64,000 nt of DNA from the NCBI GenBank assembly GCA_043813805.1, contig JBDRKR010000010.1:16696-80695 (forward strand), in the 5' to 3' direction. Source of the stretch: Candidatus Nealsonbacteria bacterium (GTDB lineage: Bacteria; Patescibacteriota; Minisyncoccia; Minisyncoccales; MHMH01). The notes under the pieces were generated by a model that saw only the letters and a list, made by a program, of their open reading frames with translations, was not told where the DNA came from and made no database searches. The position numbers and the translations under genes were made by a program. Position 1 is the first letter of the stretch; every line of letters starts with the position of its first letter. This document shows, piece after piece, positions 44,541 through 54,239 of the stretch.

Positions 44541-45539
44541 ATGGCACAGGATATTATTGCCAAACTTAAAGAAAGCAAACTTTTGGGCCGGAGCGGGTCG
44601 GGTTTTCCGACAGGCTTCAAATGGGAGATGGTGAAAAATGAAAAGGCCGTCAAGAAATATATTGTTTGCAACGCCGCTTCGGGCGAGCCGAAAGTGATGA
44701 AAGACGAATATCTTTTAGAAAACCATGCCCAAGAAGTTGTCGAAGGCATAAAAATAGCGCTGGAAACATTTGAAAACAGCGAGGCTTTCATTTATCTGAG
44801 GAAAGATTTTTACGCTAAATTTAAAGACAACTTAACCGAGTTAACCAAAGGGCTGCCTATTACTCTTATAAAAAAGCAGGGGGGCTACTTGGCCGGCGAG
44901 GAAACGTGCCTGTGCGAAGCCATTGAAGAGAAAACTCCCGAGCCCAGGATTAAGCCGCCTTTCCCGACACAGGCCGGACTTTTCGGCCGTCCCACCTTGA
45001 TTAATAATGCGGAGACTTTCTATCACATTTCGCAAATCGCTCAAAATAAATACAAAAATACGCGTTTTTATACCATTGGCGGCCAGGTAAAGAAGAAAGG
45101 AGTTTTTGAAATGCCCGCGGATTGGCCGATTGAAAGAGTTTTGAAAGAAACCGGCAATTGGCCCAAGTTCGATTTCTTCGCCCAGGTGGGCGGAGGAGCG
45201 AGCGGCGAGATTCTTCTGCCTGATGAATTACAAAAGCCGGCCGGAGGGACGGGGGCGATTATTATATATGAAAAGAAGAAAACGCAGTGCTTAAAACTTA
45301 TGAAAGAATGGGCCCAGTTTTTTCTTGAACAGAACTGCGACAAGTGCACGCCGTGCCGCGAAGGAGTTTTCAGGATAAACGAGATGCTAGGTAAGGGAAA
45401 AATTGACGAAAAAACCCTGCAAGATATCGTTAATAATTTAAAAGAAGCGAGTTTTTGCGGATTAGGAAAAATCGCAGGCATTCCTTTTTCCAGATTCGCA
45501 AATAAAATATGCAAATCACTTTTAACGGAAAAAAAATAG
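44541..45539 (+). CDS. NuoF/HydB-like flavoprotein subunit (NADH-binding, FMN and 4Fe-4S)
   Basis: GRSGSGFPTGFKW, CNAASGEPKVMKD and CDKCTPCREG motifs. Start set to the ATG at 44541, just after the SDR stop. Confidence 0.8.
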   Translation: MAQDIIAKLKESKLLGRSGSGFPTGFKWEMVKNEKAVKKYIVCNAASGEPKVMKDEYLLENHAQEVVEGIKIALETFENSEAFIYLRKDFYAKFKDNLTELTKGLPITLIKKQGGYLAGEETCLCEAIEEKTPEPRIKPPFPTQAGLFGRPTLINNAETFYHISQIAQNKYKNTRFYTIGGQVKKKGVFEMPADWPIERVLKETGNWPKFDFFAQVGGGASGEILLPDELQKPAGGTGAIIIYEKKKTQCLKLMKEWAQFFLEQNCDKCTPCREGVFRINEMLGKGKIDEKTLQDIVNNLKEASFCGLGKIAGIPFSRFANKICKSLLTEKK

Positions 45540-47206
45540 CAGCGGTTGAGGGTAGAACTATTTTGGAAACAGCCAGAGCCAACGGCATTGATATACCGTC
45601 TTTATGCTATCATCCGGATTTGGAAGTTAAAGCCAGCTGCCGTTTATGTTTGGTTTCAATCAGGGGCAAGAGAGGATTGCAGACCGCCTGTTCCACGCCC
45701 GTTGAGCCGGAGATGGAAATCGTGTCAGAGTCCGCCGAAATCAACCAGACGAGAAAAACCAACTTAGAGCTGCTTTTCGCCCAATATAAGAAAAGTTTGG
45801 GGGCCTGGGATGCGAATCCGGAGCTTTTAAGATTGGCCAAAAAATACCAGATTGACGTTCAAAGATTTTCCGACAGAAAAAAACATTATCCCAAATATCA
45901 GTTCGGTCCGGCGGTTTTATTCGATACCTCAAAATGCATTGATTGCCGCAATTGCGTTGATGCGTGCCGTCAGCAGTCGGTCAATTTTTTAGAAGTGAAA
46001 GAAAAGAAAACGTTTTTTCAGCCGACGCCCAGTCAGGATAAAAAAACAGATTGCATTTATTGCGGCCAGTGCGTAGTGCACTGTCCGGTAGCGGCGCTCT
46101 CGGCCGTACCCGAGTTTAACGAAGTGGAAAAGGCGCTTAAGCAAAAAGGTAAAACAGTTGTTTTCCAATTTGCGCCATCGATCAGAACGAGCATCGGGGA
46201 AGAATTCAATTTGCCTTCAGGCGCGGTGGTGACTGAAAAAATAGTGGGAGCCCTTAAGGCATTGGGCGCCGAAAAGGTTTTTGATACGAGCGTCGGGGCC
46301 GATTTCACTTCGACCGAAGAGGCAAAAGAGCTTGTCGAAAAAATCCAAACAGGCAAGGGCGTTTGCTTAAGCTCTTGCTGCCCGTCGTGGGTGAAATACG
46401 TCGAGTTTTTTTATCCGGAATTCGTTCATTGCCTGGCGACAACCAGGTCTCCCCAGGTTATTTTGGGCGGTCTTATCAAAACCTATTTTGCGGGCAAAGA
46501 TAAAATCGATCCCAAAAAAATCGTGGTGGTTTCAATTATGCCCTGTACCGCCAAAAAATATGAAATCAGAAGAAAAGAGCTTGAAATCAACGGCATGAAA
46601 CCGGTTGACTATGTTTTAACCACAAGAGAACTGACTCACCTTTTTAAAAAGCATGATATCGATTTAAAATCAGTCAAACCGGAGAAAGCCGACGATCCGC
46701 TGGGTCTGCCGACGGGAGGCGGAGTGATTTACGGGGCCAGCGGAGGGGTCGCCGAATCAGCCCTGAGGTCGGCCCATTTAATAATGTCAAAAACCAATTT
46801 GCCCAAGATAGAGTTTACGGAATTAAGAGGACTGCAAGGCATTAAGAAAGCTTTAATTAAAATGGGGGACCGCACTGTTAAAATGGCGGTAATTAACGGC
46901 ATCGGCAACGCGAAAATCATTTTAGATGAATTGAAAAAAGATCCCAAGGCCTATGACGCGGTGGAGGTTATGGCGTGCCCGGGCGGTTGTATTGGCGGCG
47001 GCGGACAGCCCGTGCCAACCGATGGCGAGATCAGATCTAAAAGGGCCAGCAGTCTTTACGAAATTGACGCAAAAAAACAGGAAAGAATCGCCCATTTAAA
47101 TCCGGTGGTAAAAGAGGTCTACAAAGATTATCTTACCTCGGAAAAAATAATTAAAACCGTTTGCCATACAAATTACGCGCCCAAAAAGAAAGAAGTTAAT
47201 TTTTAA
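45509..47206 (+). CDS. hydA: [FeFe]-hydrogenase catalytic subunit HydA
   Basis: N-terminal 2Fe-2S domain, two ferredoxin-type 4Fe-4S motifs and H-cluster motifs L1 LSSCCPSWV, L2 MPCTAKKYE and L3 MACPGGCIGGGGQP. It overlaps the NuoF-like gene by 31 nt. Confidence 0.85.
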   Translation: MQITFNGKKIAAVEGRTILETARANGIDIPSLCYHPDLEVKASCRLCLVSIRGKRGLQTACSTPVEPEMEIVSESAEINQTRKTNLELLFAQYKKSLGAWDANPELLRLAKKYQIDVQRFSDRKKHYPKYQFGPAVLFDTSKCIDCRNCVDACRQQSVNFLEVKEKKTFFQPTPSQDKKTDCIYCGQCVVHCPVAALSAVPEFNEVEKALKQKGKTVVFQFAPSIRTSIGEEFNLPSGAVVTEKIVGALKALGAEKVFDTSVGADFTSTEEAKELVEKIQTGKGVCLSSCCPSWVKYVEFFYPEFVHCLATTRSPQVILGGLIKTYFAGKDKIDPKKIVVVSIMPCTAKKYEIRRKELEINGMKPVDYVLTTRELTHLFKKHDIDLKSVKPEKADDPLGLPTGGGVIYGASGGVAESALRSAHLIMSKTNLPKIEFTELRGLQGIKKALIKMGDRTVKMAVINGIGNAKIILDELKKDPKAYDAVEVMACPGGCIGGGGQPVPTDGEIRSKRASSLYEIDAKKQERIAHLNPVVKEVYKDYLTSEKIIKTVCHTNYAPKKKEVNF

Positions 47207-47211
47207 AAAAT

Positions 47212-47727
47212 ATGATCTTAACCAAGGTTTTAACAATCAAAAAAGATATAGTGCTAACGATTGCCCAGTTCGCTGTTTTAATGGTAATAGCCACCGTCGT
47301 TCCTATATTGGGGCATAATCAGGCGATTACCGGGCCGATTGTTAACGCTGTTCTTCTCATCTCGGCCGTTCTTTTGGGGCCGCAGGGAGCCGTGTTGGTG
47401 GGCCTGATTCCGAGCGTTGTCGCTTTATCTGCAGGGCTTTTGCCCTTGCCTCTGGCTCCCATGGTGCCTTTTATCATGATAAGCAACACTATTTTGATTC
47501 TGACTTTCGCTTGTTTGAGACGCAAGAATTTTTGGCTGGGAATAGCCGCAGCAAGCGCTCTGAAATTTATCTTTTTGGTTTCAACAAGCACCGTGGTGAT
47601 GAACTTGATTGCAAAACAAGAGATCGCCCGGAAAGCGGCCTTAATGATGAGCTGGCCGCAGTTTTTGACAGCTTTGGGCGGGGGCGTCATCGCTTACTTT
47701 CTCCTCAAAAGCCTTAAAAAAATATGA
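47212..47727 (+). CDS. Polytopic membrane protein (ECF S-component-like?)
   Basis: 171 aa with five or six helices. It sits 6 nt after hydA. Confidence 0.45.
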   Translation: MILTKVLTIKKDIVLTIAQFAVLMVIATVVPILGHNQAITGPIVNAVLLISAVLLGPQGAVLVGLIPSVVALSAGLLPLPLAPMVPFIMISNTILILTFACLRRKNFWLGIAAASALKFIFLVSTSTVVMNLIAKQEIARKAALMMSWPQFLTALGGGVIAYFLLKSLKKI

Positions 47728-47938
47728 ACTCTCTTTTCCAAAACCCGGAAAACAACTGGGCCTATGTTTTTCTTTTACTGGTTATTACGACAATCGCCGC
47801 TGCCGGCATTTTGTACTACTCTCACGAAACGATTAAGGAAATTAATTATCTTTCGGAAAGATCCGCCTACTGACCGGGTCAGCGGCGAGCTTGACCTTTC
47901 GCAATCATTACCGATATAATTGATAAAGACATTTAATC

Positions 47939-49390
47939 ATGGTCAGGAAAAAAAAGAGGCGAAGTCCGTCTGCTCATAAAGTTACGGCGAGGCGGAGGAA
48001 AATCAAAAAAGTTTTGAAAAATAAAGAACCGAAGATCGCGCTTTTAGATTTGGTCCATCGGACGAGGATCAGGGTAATCGGAGTCGGCGGAGGCGGAGGT
48101 TCGATTGTTTCGGAAATCGCGCGAAACTTAAAAAGAGTGGATTTTGTCGTGGCGAATACAGACTCCAAGGCATTAAAAGAGGCGGCAAAATATACCAAAG
48201 TTCTGCAATTCGGCCAAAAAATAACGGGAGGGCTCGGTTGCGGCATGGATGCAAGAACAGGCCAAAAAGCGGCGAAAGACGATAAAGCAAAAATCGCCAA
48301 GCTTTTTCAGGGGATTGATTTATGTATTTTAGTGAGTTCTTTGGGCGGCGGTACGGGATCTGGGGCCACTCCTGAATTTGCCAGAATCGGCCGGGAAGCG
48401 GGCGCGATGGTTTTCGGCATTTTTACTCTGCCGTTTAAGTTTGAAGGGGGCAAAAAATCGTACCTCGCCAAAAATAGCCTGGAAAAATTGATGCCGAACC
48501 TTAACACCGTTTCGATTATTCCCAACGAAAACATTTTTAAGATCATCGATAAAAAAACTCCTCTGAAAGAAGCCTTCTCGGCCATCAATAGGCGGCTTTC
48601 GGAGAACCTGCGCGGATTGGTTGAAATGATCCACATGCCCGGCCTCATTAATATTGATTTTGCGGATGTCAGAACGATTTTAGAAGGCCGAGGCAAGCTG
48701 ACTTATTTAAACAGCTCTCAATCCCAGGGGCCTAATCGCGTTGAAGAGGTTTTAAAGGAAGTTTTAAAAAGTCCGTTGAACGAGTACGATATTAAGGGAG
48801 CGGAAAAAATGCTTTTTAATATTACGGCTTCTCAAGATATCGGCATGAAAGAGGTGGAACAAATTTCAAAAACGATTTCCGATTTCAACCGCCGGGCGAA
48901 AATCATCTTCGGCGTTTCCCAAGACAATGATTATAAAGACAAAATCAGGGTTTCGCTGCTGGCCGTAGGTTGCGGCAGAGAAGAAAAACCCACCCGGTCA
49001 TCCGACCGGGTGCCCCGTCGAATGACGGGGCAAACCCCAAACAAGCCAAAAACAAAGAAAAAGAGACAAAAGACCAGGGCGAAAACGAAAACCAATCCGC
49101 CATCTGGCGGACTAAAGCCGAAGCCCAAAAAGCCGACCCGAGGCCGGTCCGCCTCAGGCGGAAAATTCAAGAAACCGGTTTTTGATAAAAAGCCCGCAGC
49201 AGTTGCCGCGCCGATAGAAGCTTCGAGTTCCGAAGAAGAGCCGGCCAAAATACTCACCAGAAGAAACGCGCTTGATTTAAGAAAAGAGGTTGAGAAGGTG
49301 GAGGAGGAAATGCAGGAAAAAGAGAAGAAGTGGGACATCCCGGCTTTTCTGCGCAAAAAACCAAATAACAACGAACAGGCGTCAAAATAA
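47939..49390 (+). CDS. ftsZ: Cell division protein FtsZ with basic N-terminal extension and long K/P-rich C-terminal linker
   Basis: GGGTGSGA tubulin signature, IGVGGGG and C-terminal peptide DIPAFLRKK. Confidence 0.85.
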   Translation: MVRKKKRRSPSAHKVTARRRKIKKVLKNKEPKIALLDLVHRTRIRVIGVGGGGGSIVSEIARNLKRVDFVVANTDSKALKEAAKYTKVLQFGQKITGGLGCGMDARTGQKAAKDDKAKIAKLFQGIDLCILVSSLGGGTGSGATPEFARIGREAGAMVFGIFTLPFKFEGGKKSYLAKNSLEKLMPNLNTVSIIPNENIFKIIDKKTPLKEAFSAINRRLSENLRGLVEMIHMPGLINIDFADVRTILEGRGKLTYLNSSQSQGPNRVEEVLKEVLKSPLNEYDIKGAEKMLFNITASQDIGMKEVEQISKTISDFNRRAKIIFGVSQDNDYKDKIRVSLLAVGCGREEKPTRSSDRVPRRMTGQTPNKPKTKKKRQKTRAKTKTNPPSGGLKPKPKKPTRGRSASGGKFKKPVFDKKPAAVAAPIEASSSEEEPAKILTRRNALDLRKEVEKVEEEMQEKEKKWDIPAFLRKKPNNNEQASK

Positions 49391-49455
49391 GCATAAATGA
49401 TCCCGCTAAGCGGGGTTATTTTGTTTTACAGATGGTCTTGTGGTATTATAATCAA

Positions 49456-49632
49456 ATGGTTCCAGCTCAGGCAGAAAAATTGCAAAACGATATTTATCGA
49501 AAAATGACAGCGGTAAAAAAACTCAGAATTTTAGGAGATTTTTTTCTACTGGGAAAAAAATTAGATTCGCTAAAATATGACAATAGAAAGACCGGAAGAG
49601 CTTTTACTTCAGATAGTAAAAATTCTAAATAA
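49456..49632 (+). CDS. Candidate leaderless small ORF (58 aa) preceding and overlapping the nucleotidyltransferase gene
   Basis: TTTACA-N16-TATAAT ends 6 nt before the ATG at 49456. It overlaps the downstream gene by 56 nt in another frame. Confidence 0.3.
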   Translation: MVPAQAEKLQNDIYRKMTAVKKLRILGDFFLLGKKLDSLKYDNRKTGRAFTSDSKNSK

Positions 49633-50134
49633 ACTAGAGATTCCGTACATCATTACTGGCGGTTTTGCCGTGGCAGTTTTGGCAAAACCACGTTTTACGG
49701 CAGATATCGATATTATTGTAAAGATAAAACCTAAAAATATTTTAGAATTAACAAAAGAATTACTTGCGATAGATAAAAATGCTTATATCTCTCAAGAAGC
49801 AATGAGAGACGCGATTAAAAATAATGGAGAATTTAATTTTATCCATCCGGGAACCGGGTTAAAAGTAGATTTTTGGCTTAAAAGATATCCTTTTGAAGAA
49901 TTTAAAAAGAGTATTGTTAAGAAAATCAACGGTCAAAAAATTAATTTTATCTCTCCCGAAGACCTGATATTAAGCAAGTTAATCTGGTACAAAGAAGGCC
50001 AAGGGTCGAAGCAATTGGAAGACATCAGATCTATCCTTAAAATCGCCAAACCCGATTTAAATTATATCAAAGCGTGGGCGGCAAAAACTTCGACATCCGA
50101 GATTTTAGAAGAAATATTAAAAAACAATAAATAA
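49577..50134 (+). CDS. Nucleotidyltransferase-fold protein (AbiEii/DUF6036-like minimal NTase)
   Basis: ITGGFAVAVLAKPRFTADIDIIV resembles the GS/GG...[D/E]hD[hh] NTase motif. Confidence 0.5.
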   Translation: MTIERPEELLLQIVKILNKLEIPYIITGGFAVAVLAKPRFTADIDIIVKIKPKNILELTKELLAIDKNAYISQEAMRDAIKNNGEFNFIHPGTGLKVDFWLKRYPFEEFKKSIVKKINGQKINFISPEDLILSKLIWYKEGQGSKQLEDIRSILKIAKPDLNYIKAWAAKTSTSEILEEILKNNK

Positions 50135-50228
50135 TTATGACTAAGAATTGAGGCGGTTTTTGCCGAAATGACAGATGGTCAGACTCTGTCATTTTGTTTT
50201 GCGGTTGATCTTGTGGTAAAATATATCA

Positions 50229-51152
50229 ATGAATAATGTTTACGATTTAATCATCATCGGCGGGGGACCAGCGGGAATGACGGCCGGCATTTATGCTGCC
50301 AGGCAGCAATTGAAAACCTTGTTGATTACCAAAGATTTCGGAGGGCAGATGGCAAAAAAAGCTGTCAGTATCGAAAACTACCCGGGTTTCGAAGAGATTT
50401 CGGGATTGGAGCTTATTCAGCGTTTTGAAAAACAGTTAAGGAGCCATAAAATAGATATTGAAATCAATACGGTAAAGAACATAAAGAAAAGCGGCGAGAT
50501 TTTTCTGTTAACAGCCAGTAACAAAAAGCAATTTGAATCGAAGACGGTGATTGTGGCTTCAGGAGCCGATCCAAGGCCCTTGGAAGTTGCGGGCGAGAAA
50601 GAATTCATCGGTAAAGGCGTTTCTTATTGCGTCTCTTGCGACGGACCCTTGTATGCCGGCAAAACCGTAGCGGTAGTCGGTGGAGGCAATGCGGGATTTG
50701 AAGCCGCGCTTTCTTTACAAAATTACGCCAAGAAAATATATATATTAGAATCTGGAGACAAACTTAGAGCTGATTCGACGGTTCAGGGCAAGGTGGCTAC
50801 TCTTAAAAAGATAAGCGTCATCACCCAAGTCGTTTTGCAGAAAATCCAGGGGAAAGGTTTCGTCAATTCTCTTGTTTATCAAGATAAGATTTCCAAAAAA
50901 AATATTACTTTGGACGTTCAGGGGATTTTTGTTGAAATAGGATCGCAGCCGGCAACCTCGTTTGTTAAGGATTTGGTTGATTTTAACAAAAAAGACGAAA
51001 TTGTTGTTGACCCAGAAACAAGTATGACGAGCACTCCCGGTTTATTTACGGCCGGCGACGTTGACCAGGTCCCGTATAAGCAAATTGTCGTCGCTTGCGG
51101 CGAGGGAGCCAAAGCCGCTATTTCCGTTTCAGCTTATCTTCAAAAAAAATGA
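50229..51152 (+). CDS. trxB: Thioredoxin-disulfide reductase
   Basis: IIIGGGPAGMTAG FAD site, CVSCDG redox-active CxxC and GGGNAG NADPH site. Confidence 0.85.
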   Translation: MNNVYDLIIIGGGPAGMTAGIYAARQQLKTLLITKDFGGQMAKKAVSIENYPGFEEISGLELIQRFEKQLRSHKIDIEINTVKNIKKSGEIFLLTASNKKQFESKTVIVASGADPRPLEVAGEKEFIGKGVSYCVSCDGPLYAGKTVAVVGGGNAGFEAALSLQNYAKKIYILESGDKLRADSTVQGKVATLKKISVITQVVLQKIQGKGFVNSLVYQDKISKKNITLDVQGIFVEIGSQPATSFVKDLVDFNKKDEIVVDPETSMTSTPGLFTAGDVDQVPYKQIVVACGEGAKAAISVSAYLQKK

Positions 51153-52387
51153 TCGGACACAACATTAAATCAATCAAGGGCAGGGAAATTCTGGACTCTA
51201 AAGGTTATCCGACAGTTGAGGTGGAATTAACCACTGAGGCCGGTAATTTTGTAGCATCCGTGCCCTCGGGGACTTCTACGGGGATATATGAGGCAAAGGA
51301 GTTAAGGGACGGGGGAGACAGATACCTTGGCATGGGAGTGCAAAAAGCTATCGATAATGTCAACCAAATCATCGCTCCCGCGCTTTGCGGCAAAAATCCG
51401 CAAGAACAGGAGGAAGTCGACGACATAATGATTAAACTGGATGGAACTCCCGATAAATCTAAGCTCGGAGCCAATGCTATCCTGGGAGTCTCGATCGCCA
51501 CCCTCAAAGCCGGGGCTGCGGCAGAAGGCGTATATTTATGGCAATGGATCGCCCAAATGGCGAAGACCAAGCCTCTTTTGCCCTTTCCCTGTCTTTTATA
51601 TGTCGAAGGAGGCGTGCACGGCCGAGGCGACGTGGATACTCAAGAGTTTATGGTGGTTTTGGAAAACAGCTCTTTTCACGAACATTTAAGACTCGGCACG
51701 GAGGCCTATCACACATTAAGGGAAATTATAAATAAAAAATTCGGCAAGGCGGCTACGAATGTCGGCTTGGAAGGCGGTTTTACCCCGCCTGTCCAGGATA
51801 CAGAAGATGTTTTGGATTTGATTATGGAAGCGGTTAAAAAAAACGGCGGGAAGAAGGTCAAGATTATTCTTGATATGGCGGCTTCCACATTTTTCAAAAA
51901 CGGCCAATATTACTTCGAAGGAGAAGTTTTCAACCAGAAAAATCTCTCCGATTTTTACACCAAGCTTTGCCGAAAATATCCCATCATTGGCATAGAAGAT
52001 CCTTTTTCTGAAGACGATTGGATGGGTTTTCAGGGAATTACTCAAAGTTTGGGTCAAAATATCAACATCATCGGCGATGACATACTTGCCACCAATATTC
52101 AGAGAATTGAAAACGCGCAAAAGAAGGGAGCCTGCAATGCTTTGATTTTAAAACCGAATCAAACAGGCACAGTGACGGAAACTCTTAAAGCTGCGAAATT
52201 GGCTCTGGACCACGATTGGGACGTTTTCGTCAAACATCGATCGGGAGAAACGTGCGATACGTTTATCAGCGATTTAGCTGTGGGGCTGGGCACGGGATGG
52301 CTGATGGCCGGAGCTCCCAACCGAGGAGAAAGAGTGGCAAAATATAATCGCGCTTTAATGATTGAGCAAGAATGCCAAAAATGCTAA
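51149..52387 (+). CDS. eno: Enolase
   Basis: IKSIKGREILDSKGYPTVEVEL N-terminus. ATGA overlap with the trxB stop. Confidence 0.9.
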   Translation: MIGHNIKSIKGREILDSKGYPTVEVELTTEAGNFVASVPSGTSTGIYEAKELRDGGDRYLGMGVQKAIDNVNQIIAPALCGKNPQEQEEVDDIMIKLDGTPDKSKLGANAILGVSIATLKAGAAAEGVYLWQWIAQMAKTKPLLPFPCLLYVEGGVHGRGDVDTQEFMVVLENSSFHEHLRLGTEAYHTLREIINKKFGKAATNVGLEGGFTPPVQDTEDVLDLIMEAVKKNGGKKVKIILDMAASTFFKNGQYYFEGEVFNQKNLSDFYTKLCRKYPIIGIEDPFSEDDWMGFQGITQSLGQNINIIGDDILATNIQRIENAQKKGACNALILKPNQTGTVTETLKAAKLALDHDWDVFVKHRSGETCDTFISDLAVGLGTGWLMAGAPNRGERVAKYNRALMIEQECQKC

Positions 52388-52388
52388 A

Positions 52389-52991
52389 ATGTCAAAATTA
52401 ATATTACTGAGGCACTTAAAATCCCAATGGAATAAAGAAAATCGGTTCACGGGATGGACCGATATTCCTTTAAGCGAAGAGGGGATTAAGAGCGCCCAAA
52501 AAACCGCGGAGAAGCTCGCGGGTTTCAAAATTAATAAAGTTTACACTTCGCCCTTTGTCAGGAATAAAAAAACGGTCGTTTTGATTTTAGATAATCTGAA
52601 AAAGAAAGATTTGCCGGTCGTGATTGATAAGGCTTTAAATGAAAGAAATTACGGGAAACTGCAGGGTTTGAATAAAGAAGACTCTAAAAAACAATTCGGC
52701 GAAAAAAGGGTTCATTTGTGGAGGCGAAGCTGGGACGTTGCTCCGCCTGAGGGAGAAAGTTTAAAAGATGTTTACCGGAGAACAATCCCATTTTTTAAAA
52801 AATACATCGAATCGGATTTAATGGACGGCAAGAACGTTTTAGTGGTTGCGAGCCACAACTCGTTAAGGGCTATCGTCAAATATGTTGAAAAAGTAACCGA
52901 TAGAAATATCATCAGTCTTGAAATACCCTATGCCGGACTGTTAAAATACGATTTTAAAAATGGTATTTACCACGTTAGAAGTCAAAAATAA
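52389..52991 (+). CDS. gpmA: Histidine-phosphatase family phosphoglycerate mutase
   Basis: LILLRHLKSQWNKENRFTGWTD matches the RHGESxWN motif. Confidence 0.75.
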   Translation: MSKLILLRHLKSQWNKENRFTGWTDIPLSEEGIKSAQKTAEKLAGFKINKVYTSPFVRNKKTVVLILDNLKKKDLPVVIDKALNERNYGKLQGLNKEDSKKQFGEKRVHLWRRSWDVAPPEGESLKDVYRRTIPFFKKYIESDLMDGKNVLVVASHNSLRAIVKYVEKVTDRNIISLEIPYAGLLKYDFKNGIYHVRSQK

Positions 52992-53086
52992 AAATCTCTT
53001 TACTTTAATAATTTGGTATGTAATATTAAAAGAGCAACTTCTAACGTGGTTTACAAAAAATAAACCTTACCGTATAATTAAAACAT

Positions 53087-53749
53087 ATGAAAATTAACAT
53101 ACCCAAAGTCAATATCAGTAAGAATTTAATACCGGTAGCGATTATTATCGCCGGAATTCTGATTGCCGGAGCTTTCGTTTACGTAAATTTCTGGCCAAAG
53201 GGCGTTTTGTCGGCTCAACAAGCGGCCGAAAAAGCAATCGCCTTCATCAATCAAAATATTGAGCAGGGAGCGACCGCTTCTTTAGTGCAAGTTACCGAAG
53301 AAGATAACGTTTATAAAATCAGTTTAAAAGTCAACGAAATACCTTACGAGTCTTACATTACTAAAGACGGCAAGTTTTTATTCCCTTCGGGTATTGATCT
53401 CGGGGTGGTCGCCTTGCAAGAATTGGGAACGGAGGTTACGGCCGAACCTTCCGGAGAACAATCTTCGGCGGTCGCTTCGGAATCTTTCGCCAAATGTTTG
53501 ACGGAAAAAGGCATGAAGTTCTATGGTTCTCAAGATTGCAGCTGGTGTTCCAAGGAAAAGACATTATTGGGCGATTCTATGCAATACGTCAATTATGTTG
53601 AATGCATCGACGACGAAGGACAGTTTACCAAGGCTTGTCAGGACGCCAATATTACGTCGTTCCCGACATGGCAGTTGCCTGACGGCAGAATGGAGTCCGG
53701 TTTCAAAACATTGGAACAATTAGCCGAAGTATCCGGTTGCTCTTTATGA
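53087..53749 (+). CDS. Membrane-anchored thioredoxin-fold protein (CSWC)
   Basis: N-terminal TM helix. CxxC (DCSWCSKEK) and a cis-Pro-like SFPTW motif. Confidence 0.5.
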   Translation: MKINIPKVNISKNLIPVAIIIAGILIAGAFVYVNFWPKGVLSAQQAAEKAIAFINQNIEQGATASLVQVTEEDNVYKISLKVNEIPYESYITKDGKFLFPSGIDLGVVALQELGTEVTAEPSGEQSSAVASESFAKCLTEKGMKFYGSQDCSWCSKEKTLLGDSMQYVNYVECIDDEGQFTKACQDANITSFPTWQLPDGRMESGFKTLEQLAEVSGCSL

Positions 53750-53979
53750 TCCGTATTTTTTCAACCCCAAGCTGTCCTTATTGCGTTACTTTGAAAGAAT
53801 TTCTGAAAGAACACGGTTTTGAATTTGAAGATATTAACGTGGCCGTTGATGAGAAAGCAAGAGAGGAAATGATTGCAAAATCTAAGCAAATGGGCGTGCC
53901 TGTCATTGAAATCGACGGCCAAATTGTCATCGGTTTTGACAGAAAGAAAATCGTTCAATTGTTAAAAATAAAAGATTAA
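53746..53979 (+). CDS. Glutaredoxin-like protein (CPYC)
   Basis: IRIFSTPSCPYC motif. ATGA overlap with the upstream stop. Confidence 0.65.
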   Translation: MIRIFSTPSCPYCVTLKEFLKEHGFEFEDINVAVDEKAREEMIAKSKQMGVPVIEIDGQIVIGFDRKKIVQLLKIKD

Positions 53980-53984
53980 ACGCG

Positions 53985-54239
53985 GTGGATTATTTAACTG
54001 TTTTAGGATTAGTGGCGGCAACTTTAACATCGGCAGCCGGTCTGCCCCAAGTGATTAAAAGTTGGAAAAACAAATCTACAAAAGATTTGTCTTTGATAAT
54101 GATTGTGCAGTTTTTGATGGGAATATCCCTTTGGACAATATACGGTTTATTTAAGAAAGATGCGGCGATATTATTCGCCCAGGCGGTGGCTTATGTTTTT
54201 TATTTCTCCCTTTTAATATTGAAAATTAAGTATAAATAA
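53985..54239 (+). CDS. SemiSWEET / PQ-loop family small transporter
   Basis: Three TM helices in 84 aa with a GLPQV motif in helix 1. Confidence 0.5.
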   Translation: MDYLTVLGLVAATLTSAAGLPQVIKSWKNKSTKDLSLIMIVQFLMGISLWTIYGLFKKDAAILFAQAVAYVFYFSLLILKIKYK

